Shown piece by piece: positions 49,057-59,775 of a stretch of DNA of 64,000 nucleotides. The notes beneath the pieces were generated by a model. That model saw only the letters and a list, made by a program, of their open reading frames with translations. It did no database searches and was not told the DNA's origin. The stretch comes from an uncultured Veillonella sp. (lineage in GTDB: Bacteria; Bacillota; Negativicutes; Veillonellales; Veillonellaceae): NCBI RefSeq assembly GCF_963524655.1, contig NZ_CAURHA010000002.1, forward strand, positions 19,839-83,838, written 5' to 3'. Position 1 is the stretch's first letter. Each line of letters opens with the position of its first letter. The position numbers and the translations under genes are program-made.

Positions 49057-49758
49057 TTAGATTGTTCCCACTACAATGGTCACATTATCTCCTGCTCCGA
49101 CTTCATAAACAGTATCCATCAATGATTCAACAACCATCATGTTATCATCAGACGATTGCAATGCAGAGGCAATTACATCATCTGTTACATAGCCACTTAA
49201 TCCATCAGTACAGAGTAAAATACGATCACCGGGAAGAATCGACTCAATGCCGCTATCAACCTCTAATACTTCATCGACACCGACAGCGCGTGTCAATAAA
49301 TTACGTTGAGGGTGACTTAGCATTTCATCCTTTGTAATCTCTCCAGCAGTTAATAATTCTTGTACCATAGAATGATCCGTAGTAATTTGTCTTAAAAGAC
49401 CATCCCTATATACATACAAACGACTATCACCAACACTTGCCCAATATAACTGATTATCTTTTATTGCTGTAACTACAGCGGTAGTCCCCATACCAGCAAG
49501 GCGTTCTTCACTAGCCACACGATTAACAATGCGTTGATTAGCGTGAATGATAGCGTCGCATAAATCTTGTTGACCCACCGTTTCAAGGGAGGCCAAATAT
49601 TCTCTTATTTCATCTACAGCATACGTACTAGCGATTTCACCACCGCTATAACCACCCATGCCATCAGTGACAGCGCAAACGTTACCATCAATAAAGAAAC
49701 GGTCTTCATTGCGCTGCCGCACAAGTCCAATTTTACTTAAACCAACAAAATTATTCAT
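49057..49758 (-). CDS. PP2C-type Ser/Thr phosphatase (Stp1/PrpC)
   Basis: R..NED, DGMGG..GGE.AS, GDSR.Y, LCTDGL and DNVT motifs; start trimmed to MNNFV. Confidence 0.93.
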   Translation of the reverse strand: MNNFVGLSKIGLVRQRNEDRFFIDGNVCAVTDGMGGYSGGEIASTYAVDEIREYLASLETVGQQDLCDAIIHANQRIVNRVASEERLAGMGTTAVVTAIKDNQLYWASVGDSRLYVYRDGLLRQITTDHSMVQELLTAGEITKDEMLSHPQRNLLTRAVGVDEVLEVDSGIESILPGDRILLCTDGLSGYVTDDVIASALQSSDDNMMVVESLMDTVYEVGAGDNVTIVVGTI

Positions 49759-50797
49759 GATTCTCCTTTTTCCGACCATGAGCAGCTTTTAGCTGTCCAC
49801 ATGCGGCTTGGATTGCATCGCCCATTTCCTTTCGTACCGTTACAGATACTCCATAGGAACCAACAATGTCTTTAAATGTATTCATATTCGTAATAGATGG
49901 TTTATATAATTCAATATGTTCATTGCCATTAACAGGAATTAAGTTAACATGACAATTTGGAAAATCCTTACAGATTTGTCCCAATGCATGAGCCTCCTCC
50001 ATAGATGCATTTACAGAATCTATGAGGATATACTCAAAGGTGATACGACGTTGTGTTGTATCATAATAATATTTTACCGCATCTAAGACTTCCGTCAATT
50101 CATAACGGGCACCAACGGGCATGATACTACGACGTACTTCATTATTTGTAGCATGTAATGAAAGGGCCAACGTTATAGGCAAACCTTCATCAGCTAATTT
50201 ATAAATATTAGGAACCCAACCACAAGTAGAAATCGTCATTTTACGATAACTAATATTACAAACTATAGGATCATGTAACAATCGTAGAGCTTGTAATACA
50301 TTATCATAATTTTGTAGTGGCTCCCCTGCGCCCATAACGACAACAGAGTGGATTTGCTCTTTTGTAAGAGCACCAAAAATAACAACTTGTCCTATAATTT
50401 CAGCCACTGTTAAATCGCGGTATAAGCCACCTTGCGTAGAGGCGCAGAATACACAGCCCATAGCGCAGCCTACTTGAGATGAAACACATACGGAATAACC
50501 ATAGTGTTGCTCCATCAAAACAGCTTCTACTCGGCTTTGATCTGTCATCTCCAATAGGATTTTTCTAGTCTTTCCATCTGGAGATATAGACTCTGTAATT
50601 AATGTAGGTAAAGAGATAACACAATTATCACTTAACCATTGACGCAATTCTTTTGGGAATTGTGTCATTTCTTGAAAATCGAACACATATCTATGATAGA
50701 TATAGTCGATTAACTGTTTCGCTCGAAACTTTTGTATATTATGGGTCTTAAAGATAGATTGTAATTCTTCTAAAGACTTACCCAATAATTCTATCAT
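49751..50797 (-). CDS. rlmN: 23S rRNA/tRNA m2A methyltransferase
   Basis: CVSSQVGCAMGCVFCAS, VVMGAGEPL, SLHA and AACGQL motifs. Confidence 0.96.
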   Translation of the reverse strand: MIELLGKSLEELQSIFKTHNIQKFRAKQLIDYIYHRYVFDFQEMTQFPKELRQWLSDNCVISLPTLITESISPDGKTRKILLEMTDQSRVEAVLMEQHYGYSVCVSSQVGCAMGCVFCASTQGGLYRDLTVAEIIGQVVIFGALTKEQIHSVVVMGAGEPLQNYDNVLQALRLLHDPIVCNISYRKMTISTCGWVPNIYKLADEGLPITLALSLHATNNEVRRSIMPVGARYELTEVLDAVKYYYDTTQRRITFEYILIDSVNASMEEAHALGQICKDFPNCHVNLIPVNGNEHIELYKPSITNMNTFKDIVGSYGVSVTVRKEMGDAIQAACGQLKAAHGRKKENHE

Positions 50798-50815
50798 GGT
50801 ACTCCATTTCTTATA

Positions 50816-52171
50816 TTATGATAGGCGTTTCATACGAGCCATAAAGAATCCATCCATATAATCTCGCGGAGGATATGTTGAAATCATACCATCTGTAGCC
50901 GGTGGTAACCCTTTATAGGATACAGAATCGATAACAAAGTTCTTATGAGTTGCTAGGAATTTTTCCAATACATCCTCATTTTCACCACTATTGATAGTAC
51001 ATGTGGAATATACTAAATAGCCATTAACCTTAACCATTTCAGACGCTTTTTCTAAAATTTCAAGCTGTAATGGAGGTAATTCATTTAGCAAGTCCTCTGT
51101 TTTACGCCAACGCATATCTAATTTCTTTTGTAATATGCCAAGGCCAGAACATGGGGCATCAACTAAGACACGATCAAATTGTTCCTTCCAATTATCGGGT
51201 AAATATCGACCATCTTGTAATTTAGTAGAAACAATAGATACGCCTAATCGTTCTGCATTCTGATTCATAAGATCTAACTTATGGTCATAAATGTCACAAC
51301 TCATAATAGCGCCCGTATTATTCATAAGGCTTGCCATATGCATAGACTTACCACCTGGTGCGGCACAGCAATCTAAGATACGGTCCCCTGGTTGAGGATC
51401 TACTACATGAGCAACGAGCATAGACGCTTTATCCATAAAGGTAATATGACCTTCTATAACTGGTTTTGCTTTTTCTAAGTGCCCTTGGTGGCTATCAATA
51501 TACACTACTTCAGGAATATCTTTGTCTTGTTCAACAGTCCACCCTAAATTTTGTAATTCTTTTAAGCAATCCTCGATTGATACTTTCACCGTATTAATAC
51601 GTGCTGTTAAACGAGGTTGTTCATTGAACCAAGCACATAGATCTACGGTCTTATCTTTGCCCATTTCATTCATCCACAAAGTAACAAGCCATAACGGTTG
51701 ATTGTAGATAAAAGAAATCTCTTCGGCTTCAGACTTAGCAAGTTCACCAATAGAAATACTATCGCATTCACGCAAAACGGATCGCAATACAGCATTTACA
51801 AAACCAGATAATCCTCGTGTTAACTTCTTAGCAAGTTTGACAGATTCATTGACCGCCGCACTTTCAGGAACCTTATCCATGTAGATAATTTGGTAAATCC
51901 CAAGTCTAAGGATTTCCACAACCATAGAAGAAAGTTTCTTTAAAGGTCGTTTTGCAAAGTGAACAATTATGGCATCCAAATAATTTTTTCTACGAATAAC
52001 ACCATATACAAGTTCTGTAAAAAACCGTCGATCTAAATCGGATAAATGATATTTTTGTAAATACTCTTGCAACTTAATATTTGCATAAGCACCATTACGA
52101 TTAATATCGCTCAATGCTTTCACAGCAAGCAACCGAATATTCTGTTGTTGGTTATTCTTTACTTCTGACAT
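50816..52171 (-). CDS. rsmB: 16S rRNA m5C967 methyltransferase
   Basis: NusB-like N-terminal domain; LDCCAAPGGKS, DAPCSGLG and YSTCT motifs. Confidence 0.95.
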   Translation of the reverse strand: MSEVKNNQQQNIRLLAVKALSDINRNGAYANIKLQEYLQKYHLSDLDRRFFTELVYGVIRRKNYLDAIIVHFAKRPLKKLSSMVVEILRLGIYQIIYMDKVPESAAVNESVKLAKKLTRGLSGFVNAVLRSVLRECDSISIGELAKSEAEEISFIYNQPLWLVTLWMNEMGKDKTVDLCAWFNEQPRLTARINTVKVSIEDCLKELQNLGWTVEQDKDIPEVVYIDSHQGHLEKAKPVIEGHITFMDKASMLVAHVVDPQPGDRILDCCAAPGGKSMHMASLMNNTGAIMSCDIYDHKLDLMNQNAERLGVSIVSTKLQDGRYLPDNWKEQFDRVLVDAPCSGLGILQKKLDMRWRKTEDLLNELPPLQLEILEKASEMVKVNGYLVYSTCTINSGENEDVLEKFLATHKNFVIDSVSYKGLPPATDGMISTYPPRDYMDGFFMARMKRLS

Positions 52172-52946
52172 CACTATTCCTACCAATCAATTGTTCTACT
52201 ACTGCACGAACACGTTCAGGATCTACGGTTGTATTACAACATGGCCCATTAGGACGTTCATTTAATACGCCAATAACTGGGATGGGAAATACATCAGCCA
52301 TGCCACTTGCTAAATCTCGTTCGCAAGCTATTGCTACAATAGCTTTTGGCCGCGCTTCCTTTACCTTCATTCGCGCTAAAGTACCTCCAGTGACAACTAT
52401 AAATTGACATCCATAGTCTTTAGCCACTTGTAATAAGCTACCAACTTGACACCGCCCACACTGCTTACAATTGTATACATCATGTGTTACCTTATGAACA
52501 CATGAACTTTCTTGTAAACAATGTGGCGTCAATAATAATATACGTTCTGGATCAACCGTATACATATCAAGCATCACAAGATGATTAATTAAATCAATCA
52601 TAGACTGACGAAGTTGATCCTTAGTAACCCCTCTCACCTTACCGATAGCCAAGGTTAATGGAAATAATCCATATATAAACTGATTGGCCAATCTTAAAAC
52701 AATAGGATGTAACCGTATAATACCTGTACTTGCAACAATAAGGGATAAACACAATAACCATATAATACCTATCAGAATAGAAAGAACTATACTACTCATA
52801 ATAGATGCAAGAGAATGTAATTGTGATAGCCCAGGTTCTAATACATACATTAGAAAACCAAGTACTGCAGTGAGCAAAGCACATGTAATAGTTGATAATA
52901 TCAGGTATAACGGATACGTTTCGTACTGTTTAATTTGAGTCCCCAA
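52152..52946 (-). CDS. DUF116 family membrane protein with conserved Cys motifs
   Basis: N-terminal TM helices; LLLTPHCL...C, CKQCGRC, GGTLAR, AIVAIACERDL and GPCCNT motifs. Confidence 0.75.
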   Translation of the reverse strand: MGTQIKQYETYPLYLILSTITCALLTAVLGFLMYVLEPGLSQLHSLASIMSSIVLSILIGIIWLLCLSLIVASTGIIRLHPIVLRLANQFIYGLFPLTLAIGKVRGVTKDQLRQSMIDLINHLVMLDMYTVDPERILLLTPHCLQESSCVHKVTHDVYNCKQCGRCQVGSLLQVAKDYGCQFIVVTGGTLARMKVKEARPKAIVAIACERDLASGMADVFPIPVIGVLNERPNGPCCNTTVDPERVRAVVEQLIGRNSDVRSKE

Positions 52947-53940
52947 AAACGATACCTTCCTTTATCTGATGTCCATTAATAAAATCTGTAGCAGAAATAC
53001 GCTTCTTATTTTCTGGTTGGACTTCTGTCAATAGAATTATATTTCCATCACCACAAAATACACCTAAACCGTCTATTTTAGATACGATTGTACCAGGCAC
53101 AGTTGTGGCTGATATAGCAATTGGTACATGTTTACCACGGATATCTATCAAACAGTGAGTCGTATCACTTGGAACCACTTCTCCAGACCATATTTTTAAA
53201 CGTTTTCCATCGAGGTAAGTATAACATCCCGGTGCTGGATTAAGTCCTCTAATGAGATTTGAAATTTCATTAGCAGGCTTAGACCAGTCTATATGCCCCA
53301 TTTCTTTTGTAATCTTAGCAGTATGTGTAGCCATTGTATCATCTTGTGGCGTTGCCACAATTTCCCCATTAACCCAACGAGTTAATACGGGAACAATTGT
53401 TTCACCACCAAGCACCGCTATACGTTCAAATAACTGTCCTGTCGTTTCACCAGGTAAAATATCAGTCTCCACGATATCGATAATATCACCGGTATCAAGT
53501 CCGTCATCCATGTGCATAATGGTAACACCTGTTTTAGTGTCCCCATTTAGAATGGCATAGTGAATCGGCGCAGCCCCTCTATAGTTAGGCAAAATAGAAG
53601 CATGTACATTGATACACCCATATTGAGGTAATCGAATTAGCCATGGCGGTAAGATTTTACCATATGCAATAACTACTACTACATCAGGTTTTAATGCTTC
53701 TAATTCTGCTTGCACTTGCTCATCCCGTAAAGTAACAGGTTGATAAACAGGTAAGTTATGTTCTAAAGCAGCTACCTTTACCGGTGGCATTTGAACTTGT
53801 TTGCCACGACCCTTTTGTTTATCTGGCTGACAGTACACACCAACAATAGTATGTCCTGCTTGAATTAGCGCTTCTAAAGTGGGAACAGAAAAGTCTGGCG
53901 TTCCCATAAAGACAACACGTAAAGGATTATGATTAGACAA
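52930..53940 (-). CDS. fmt: Methionyl-tRNA formyltransferase
   Basis: VFMGTPDF, QPD...GRG, AYG.ILP and NVHASILP.YRGAAPI motifs; TTG start after the GAGGAG SD. Confidence 0.96.
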   Translation of the reverse strand: MSNHNPLRVVFMGTPDFSVPTLEALIQAGHTIVGVYCQPDKQKGRGKQVQMPPVKVAALEHNLPVYQPVTLRDEQVQAELEALKPDVVVVIAYGKILPPWLIRLPQYGCINVHASILPNYRGAAPIHYAILNGDTKTGVTIMHMDDGLDTGDIIDIVETDILPGETTGQLFERIAVLGGETIVPVLTRWVNGEIVATPQDDTMATHTAKITKEMGHIDWSKPANEISNLIRGLNPAPGCYTYLDGKRLKIWSGEVVPSDTTHCLIDIRGKHVPIAISATTVPGTIVSKIDGLGVFCGDGNIILLTEVQPENKKRISATDFINGHQIKEGIVFGDSN

Positions 53941-54421
53941 TTTCTTTCTCCTCTGGATGATCTGCAATCAATCGTAAGTTTGTCGCTTTTTCTATAAATA
54001 AATGACCCTCTAAATGATCGATTTCATGCTGGAAAATACGAGCTAAGAAGCCTTCCGCTTTAATAGTAACCTTTTTGTTATGTGGATCAATACCTTTAAC
54101 GGTGATCTTATTAAAACGTTCTACATCTCCATAATAGCCTGGTACACTTAAACACCCTTCAGGGCCTACTTGAGAGCCTTCAGCATGTGTAATTTCAGGA
54201 TTAATTAATGCAATAAGGCCACTACCAACTTGATCGTCTACTACGATAATTCGTTTAGAAACAGCTACTTGAGGTGCGGCAAGACCTACACCTTCAGTTT
54301 TATACATAGTTTCAGCCATATCATCGATAAGGGCTCTAAGTTTTTTATTAACATGTTCTACAGGTTCCGCTACTTGTTTCAAAACGGGATGACCTGCTTT
54401 TACAACATCTAATACTGCCAT
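53933..54421 (-). CDS. def: Peptide deformylase
   Basis: GVGLAAPQV, EGCLSVP and QHEIDHL motifs. Confidence 0.97.
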   Translation of the reverse strand: MAVLDVVKAGHPVLKQVAEPVEHVNKKLRALIDDMAETMYKTEGVGLAAPQVAVSKRIIVVDDQVGSGLIALINPEITHAEGSQVGPEGCLSVPGYYGDVERFNKITVKGIDPHNKKVTIKAEGFLARIFQHEIDHLEGHLFIEKATNLRLIADHPEEKEIV

Positions 54422-54434
54422 TGATACTCCTATA

Positions 54435-56618
54435 CTACACAGGATCCACGTCAATCAGAAGCCCTTCTTGCGTGAAAATCCATGAGTTATATATATATTC
54501 TTTCAAATTCGTTAAATCAGTACCACGGATCATAATCGCTAAGCGATACATGTCCCGTACCTTTTTTATAGTTGCTTCGTAAGGACCATTAATAAGAATA
54601 TCTTCATCCCCTTTATGAGCCTCCAAATCATCTACAATTCGATTTGCAATGGACTCTAAGGTCTCCATATCTTGATGACGCACTACCATGTGAATCATTT
54701 CTCTAAATGGAGGATATCCTAAAGCTTTTCTATTTTGAATTTCTTCATGGTAAAAGCCTACATAATCATGAGCCTTACTCTTTATTATAGCATAATTTAA
54801 CGGATTATATGTTTGTATTACAACACTACCGGTTTTATCCCCTCGACCAGCTCGTCCAGAAGTTTGGGTAAGCAAATCAAAAGTTCTTTCAGAAGCAGTA
54901 TACACAGGAATATTTAAAACCGAATCAGCTGTTAAAATACCAACCGCTGTTACATCTTTAAAGTCATGCCCTTTAGATACCATTTGAGTTCCCAATAAAA
55001 TATCGTATTTATGAGCTCCGAAGTCATGCAAAATATCTTCTGCTAATTGTTTGTTTTTAGTTACGTCTTGATCAAGGCGGGCAATGCGGGCCGATTTAAA
55101 ATGACGTCGCAACTCTTCCTCTACCTTTTGTGTACCTGAGCCAAAGAATTTAATGCGTTTACTATTACACTTTGGACAAACCGTAGGAATCGGTTCGTGA
55201 TGTTCACAATAGTGACAGCGCAATTCCTCACCTGCTTGATGATAGACCATAGCTACATCACAATGAGGGCACATAATAGTTTCCCCACAATCGCGACACA
55301 TTACAAAGGTACTATAACCACGTCTGTTTAATAGAATAATCATTTGATTATGTTCATGTAATGTTTTCTGAATCAACCGACTCATAGCGTCAGAAAAAAC
55401 AGAATAATTGCCATGGAGGATTTCTTCCTTCATATCAACAATAGTTACCTTTGGCATGGGTTGTTCAAAAATACGATGAGGTAACTCGAGTAAATGATAC
55501 TCTCCTTGCTTGGCTTTATAGTAAGAAGTAATAGCTGGTGTAGCAGAACCTAAAATCACAGGACAATCATGTGCTTCACCACGCCATAAGGCAACATTAC
55601 GGGCATGGTATCGAACCATATCTTCTTGTTTATAAGATGTATCATGTTCTTCATCCACAACAATAAGACCGATATTCTCAGCAGGAGCAAACACAGCCGA
55701 ACGGGCACCAATAATGATATGACTATCCTTACGACGCAACCGTTCCCAATTATTATTGCGTTGTTGTACTGTCAATTTACTATGGAATACGACAACTTCA
55801 TCGCCAAAGGTTTCCACAAATCGTCGCACAATTTGATCGGTCAATATAATTTCAGGCACCAAGATAATAGCAGTCTTATCTTGACTAATACATTTCGCTG
55901 TAGCTCGTAAATATAATTGAGTTTTACCACTACCAGTTACACCATGAAGTAAGAAGGTTTTATGCTCATGACTATTCATAGCCTCTTGTATAGGCTCATA
56001 TACGGCTTGTTGAGCTTGAGTAAGAGGAATATTAACCTCTTCCGTTAAAAGCTCCGTAAAGGTCGTTTTTGTGGCTTTAAAACGTGATTCAATAGTAATC
56101 CCTTTAGCTTCACTTACTTGCTTTATGACCATGCGAGAAAAGCCTTTAGCTAATAATAATGCCTTGGACGCACCACCGACTTCAAGTAAGTATTGTGCTA
56201 ATTCACGTTGTTTCTTTTTTCGTTCACTAAATTGATCTATTGAAAAATCAGGCATAACTACAAGCCATTCTTCTTTGGGTGCCTCATAGGATTTCAATGT
56301 TTTATTTACTGTAAATAAACGTAGTGCATCACCATAAGAAAAAAGATAATACTCATTTAAACGTCGTGCCGTATCCATCATTTCTGGTGTAAACCAAGGC
56401 TCACTATCTAATACTTGCACTATATTTCGCAACGTGAACTCAGGTGGCTCAACTAATTCTTCATAACCAATGAGGATCCCTTCTTCACGACTATGACCTA
56501 AAGGAATGAGTACGCGAGTACCAGGTAGGACGTTACCAAACTTTTCAGGCATTAGATAGCTCAATGGTTTATGAAGTTGTTTGGCAGGTCTGTTAATAAT
56601 AACTTGTGCTACACGCAT
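54435..56618 (-). CDS. priA: Primosomal protein N' (replication restart helicase)
   Basis: GVTGSGKT, DEEH, four CxxC Zn motifs, GTQ...KG.DF and QTSGRAGR motifs. Confidence 0.96.
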   Translation of the reverse strand: MRVAQVIINRPAKQLHKPLSYLMPEKFGNVLPGTRVLIPLGHSREEGILIGYEELVEPPEFTLRNIVQVLDSEPWFTPEMMDTARRLNEYYLFSYGDALRLFTVNKTLKSYEAPKEEWLVVMPDFSIDQFSERKKKQRELAQYLLEVGGASKALLLAKGFSRMVIKQVSEAKGITIESRFKATKTTFTELLTEEVNIPLTQAQQAVYEPIQEAMNSHEHKTFLLHGVTGSGKTQLYLRATAKCISQDKTAIILVPEIILTDQIVRRFVETFGDEVVVFHSKLTVQQRNNNWERLRRKDSHIIIGARSAVFAPAENIGLIVVDEEHDTSYKQEDMVRYHARNVALWRGEAHDCPVILGSATPAITSYYKAKQGEYHLLELPHRIFEQPMPKVTIVDMKEEILHGNYSVFSDAMSRLIQKTLHEHNQMIILLNRRGYSTFVMCRDCGETIMCPHCDVAMVYHQAGEELRCHYCEHHEPIPTVCPKCNSKRIKFFGSGTQKVEEELRRHFKSARIARLDQDVTKNKQLAEDILHDFGAHKYDILLGTQMVSKGHDFKDVTAVGILTADSVLNIPVYTASERTFDLLTQTSGRAGRGDKTGSVVIQTYNPLNYAIIKSKAHDYVGFYHEEIQNRKALGYPPFREMIHMVVRHQDMETLESIANRIVDDLEAHKGDEDILINGPYEATIKKVRDMYRLAIMIRGTDLTNLKEYIYNSWIFTQEGLLIDVDPV

Positions 56619-56643
56619 AGACTCATATCCTTTCATTTACTAT

Positions 56644-56678
56644 AAAAGGTCTCAGTAGAAATTCTACTAAGACCTTTT
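56644..56678. terminator. Terminator after metK
   Basis: AAAAGGTCTCAGTAGAA-A-TTCTACTAAGACCTTTT. Confidence 0.8.
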
Positions 56679-56681
56679 GTA

Positions 56682-57872
56682 TTATAAGCCAGCTTCAGCT
56701 TTTAAAATTGCTGCTTTGTCTGTACGCTCCCAAGGTAAATCTACATCAGTTCTACCAAAGTGACCATATGCTGCAGTTTTGCGATAATGAGGTTTTAACA
56801 AATCAAGCATTTCGATGATACCTGCTGGACGAAGGTCGAAATGTTTCTTAACGAGTTCTTGAATTTTGGTTTCCTCAATGCGAGCTGTACCAAACGTATC
56901 TACCAATACAGATACAGGATGTGCAACGCCAATAGCGTAAGCAACTTGTACTTCACATTTATCAGCAAGACCTGCTGCTACAACGTTTTTAGCTACATAA
57001 CGAGCTGCATATGCTGCAGAACGGTCTACTTTAGATGGATCCTTACCAGAGAAAGCACCACCACCATGACGAGCCATACCACCGTAAGTATCTACGATAA
57101 TTTTACGGCCAGTTAAACCAGCATCACCATGAGGGCCACCGATTACGAAACGACCAGTTGGATTGATGAAGTATTTAGTATTTTCATCAACAAATTCTGC
57201 AGGTAAAGCCGCATCGATAACATAGCGTTTCAAATCAGTTTTAATTTGTTCTTGAGTTACTTCAGGGCTATGTTGTGTGGAGATAACAATTGTATCAATA
57301 CGTTTAGGTTTACCATCAACATATTCAACAGTAACTTGAGTTTTACCATCTGGACGAAGATATGTTAAAGTGCCATCTTTACGAACTTCCGCAAGACGAC
57401 GGGACAAGCGGTGTGCCAAAGAAATTGGTAAAGGCATGAGTTCAGGTGTTTCATTAGATGCATAACCAAACATCATACCTTGGTCACCAGCACCGATTTT
57501 ATCAAGTGCTTCACCATTACCTTCTTTGGATTCAAGTGCTTCATCAACGCCCATAGCGATATCAGCAGACTGTTCATCAATGGATACAAGGACACCACAA
57601 GTATCACAGTCAAAACCGAATTTTGCACGTGTATAACCGATTTCACGAACTGTATCACGTACGATGCGAGGGATATCTACATAAGTGTGAGTAGAAATTT
57701 CACCTACTACATGTACTAGACCAGTAGTAACTAAAGTTTCACAAGCTACACGAGCAGTTGGATCCTTTTCAATAATCGCATCCAAAACAGCATCAGAAAT
57801 TTGGTCAGCTATTTTATCTGGATGGCCTTCAGTAACAGATTCAGAAGTAAAAAACATATGTTTTTCAGCCAT
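56682..57872 (-). CDS. metK: S-adenosylmethionine synthetase
   Basis: [30 protein letters not shown] and GGGAFSGKD motifs. Confidence 0.99.
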   Translation of the reverse strand: MAEKHMFFTSESVTEGHPDKIADQISDAVLDAIIEKDPTARVACETLVTTGLVHVVGEISTHTYVDIPRIVRDTVREIGYTRAKFGFDCDTCGVLVSIDEQSADIAMGVDEALESKEGNGEALDKIGAGDQGMMFGYASNETPELMPLPISLAHRLSRRLAEVRKDGTLTYLRPDGKTQVTVEYVDGKPKRIDTIVISTQHSPEVTQEQIKTDLKRYVIDAALPAEFVDENTKYFINPTGRFVIGGPHGDAGLTGRKIIVDTYGGMARHGGGAFSGKDPSKVDRSAAYAARYVAKNVVAAGLADKCEVQVAYAIGVAHPVSVLVDTFGTARIEETKIQELVKKHFDLRPAGIIEMLDLLKPHYRKTAAYGHFGRTDVDLPWERTDKAAILKAEAGL

Positions 57873-57889
57873 TTTATCCTCCTAATACG

Positions 57890-58021
57890 AAAAAAAGCCT
57901 CTCATGTACTCATGAGAGACCCTCCCATCTAACGACATTTGTCATAGGAATTAGCACCTTTTCCCCTTGGAATGGTTGCTGTAGCTTCACAGGGCCTATC
58001 CCTCCGCTACTCTTGATGAGT
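57890..58021 (-). ncRNA. SAM-I (S-box) riboswitch with terminator expression platform, upstream of metK
   Basis: CTCATCAAGAG-TAGCGGAGGGATAGGCCCTGTGAAGCTACAGCAACC...AAGGTGCTAATTCC...AGATGGGAG core, followed by the terminator GTCTCTCATG..CATGAGAGGC-T7. Confidence 0.95.
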
Positions 58022-58030
58022 TACAGAAAT

Positions 58031-58059
58031 ATTATAGTGTATTTACAGTGAGAAAGCAA
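58031..58059 (-). promoter_or_regulatory. Promoter of the S-box-metK transcript
   Basis: TTGCTT-17 bp-TATAAT just upstream of the riboswitch P1 stem. Confidence 0.75.
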
Positions 58060-58066
58060 GTCATTA

Positions 58067-59731
58067 TTATACTTCTTTACCATCTTTCAAGGCTAAATCA
58101 TGTTCAGCTTTATGAAGAGCACTGTCGAACAGTCGATACATATGATGACGTCCTAGAACATCTAAAAAGTCAGATTTATACATTTCTCTACGAATATCGT
58201 AACTCACATCGCTAAGTAAAACTTCAATGTCTCTCTTTTGAAGTTCTTCTATGATGCCTCGCAGAATACGTAATCCCGTCAAATCTACAAACGGCACCTT
58301 TACAAAACGAATAATTAAATATTTTGGATCTTTATGTATAGAACTTAAGGCTCTATCAAAAGCGCTGATGGCACCAAAGAATAAAGGTCCTTCCACGGTA
58401 TATACCATAATGTCAGGATGAAGTGTTATTTCGTGCTTAATTTGTTCAGATAATTCAGCACAACTCGCTTCATGGACATCGATAGTATTAACCATTTTAC
58501 GCATAAACTGTAAGACTGCAAGGACCACACCAACGTTTACAGCAACTACCAAATCGGTAAAAATCGTTAAGAAAAAGGTGAGCAATAAGATTATCTGATC
58601 TGGTCTTGGTGCTAAGATGAGCATTCGTATAAAACGCGGTGCATCACTCATATTATAAGATACTACAAACAATATTGCTGCCATAGATGCTAATGGAATA
58701 TAGACAGCATAAGGAGCTAAAAATAATAAAATAGCCCCTAATGTAATAGCGTGAGCAATACCTGCTATTGGAGAATTACCGCCTTGCCGAATATTGGTAG
58801 CCGTTCGAGCAATTGCACCTGTAGATGCAATACCGCCGAACAAAGGTGCAAAAATATTGGCTAACCCTTGTCCAAATAGCTCAGTATTAGACTCATGCTT
58901 AGTACCACTCATACCATCTGCCACTACTGCAGACAATAAGGACTCAATAGCACCCAGCATGGCAATTGTAAAAGCTGGACCAATTAATGTTAAGATTTTA
59001 TCAACATCAAAGTGTGGCACGGAAAATGCAGGTAAACCTTGTGGAATACCACCAAAAGCACTACCTATAGTCAAAACGGTAGGAAACTGATAAACAGCTT
59101 GTATGACTGTAGCGACCATCATGGCTACAATGGGAGCTGGAACTTTATTAATATAAGGAATTTTCGGCAAAACTAATAAAATGATTAAACTCAGTAAAGC
59201 AATCCCTAAGGTTGGTATATCAGAATACGGCAATGATTGAATCATAGCCCATAATTTTTCATGGAAATGAGGTATATACGGTAACTGAGGGAATCCAAAG
59301 AAGTATGGCCATTGACCTACCCAAATAGTAACACCGATACCCGCAGTAAAGCCCATAATAACCGGCGTTGGTATAAATCTAATAACAGTACCTAATTTGG
59401 CTATACTCATTAAAATAAGCATAACGCCAGCCATCATGGTTGCAATTTGCAAGCCATCAAAACCATAATTAACAACGATACTGCTCAATAAGACAATAAA
59501 GGCTCCTGTAGGCCCTGCTATTTGTACGGGTGAGCCGCCAAACAAAGATACAAAGATACCGGCAATGATAGCCGTATAAATACCAGCTTGAGGTGTAACA
59601 CCACTAGCGATAGCAAAGGCCATAGCTAAAGGTAATGCTACTACTCCTACCACTAAGCCAGCAATAATATTATTACTCCATTTATCTTTACTTAAGGACC
59701 CATTTAAATATGCTTTTTGAATAGCAAACAT
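58067..59731 (-). CDS. SulP/SLC26 family anion transporter with STAS domain (DauA/YchM-like)
   Basis: AGLVVGVVALPLAMAFAIASG, GPTGAF, GAIESLLSA and TGAIARTATNI motifs; STAS GPLFFGA. Confidence 0.92.
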   Translation of the reverse strand: MFAIQKAYLNGSLSKDKWSNNIIAGLVVGVVALPLAMAFAIASGVTPQAGIYTAIIAGIFVSLFGGSPVQIAGPTGAFIVLLSSIVVNYGFDGLQIATMMAGVMLILMSIAKLGTVIRFIPTPVIMGFTAGIGVTIWVGQWPYFFGFPQLPYIPHFHEKLWAMIQSLPYSDIPTLGIALLSLIILLVLPKIPYINKVPAPIVAMMVATVIQAVYQFPTVLTIGSAFGGIPQGLPAFSVPHFDVDKILTLIGPAFTIAMLGAIESLLSAVVADGMSGTKHESNTELFGQGLANIFAPLFGGIASTGAIARTATNIRQGGNSPIAGIAHAITLGAILLFLAPYAVYIPLASMAAILFVVSYNMSDAPRFIRMLILAPRPDQIILLLTFFLTIFTDLVVAVNVGVVLAVLQFMRKMVNTIDVHEASCAELSEQIKHEITLHPDIMVYTVEGPLFFGAISAFDRALSSIHKDPKYLIIRFVKVPFVDLTGLRILRGIIEELQKRDIEVLLSDVSYDIRREMYKSDFLDVLGRHHMYRLFDSALHKAEHDLALKDGKEV

Positions 59732-59775
59732 ATAAACAACACAACTTTCTCAAACTACATACAAAAAATATGATA

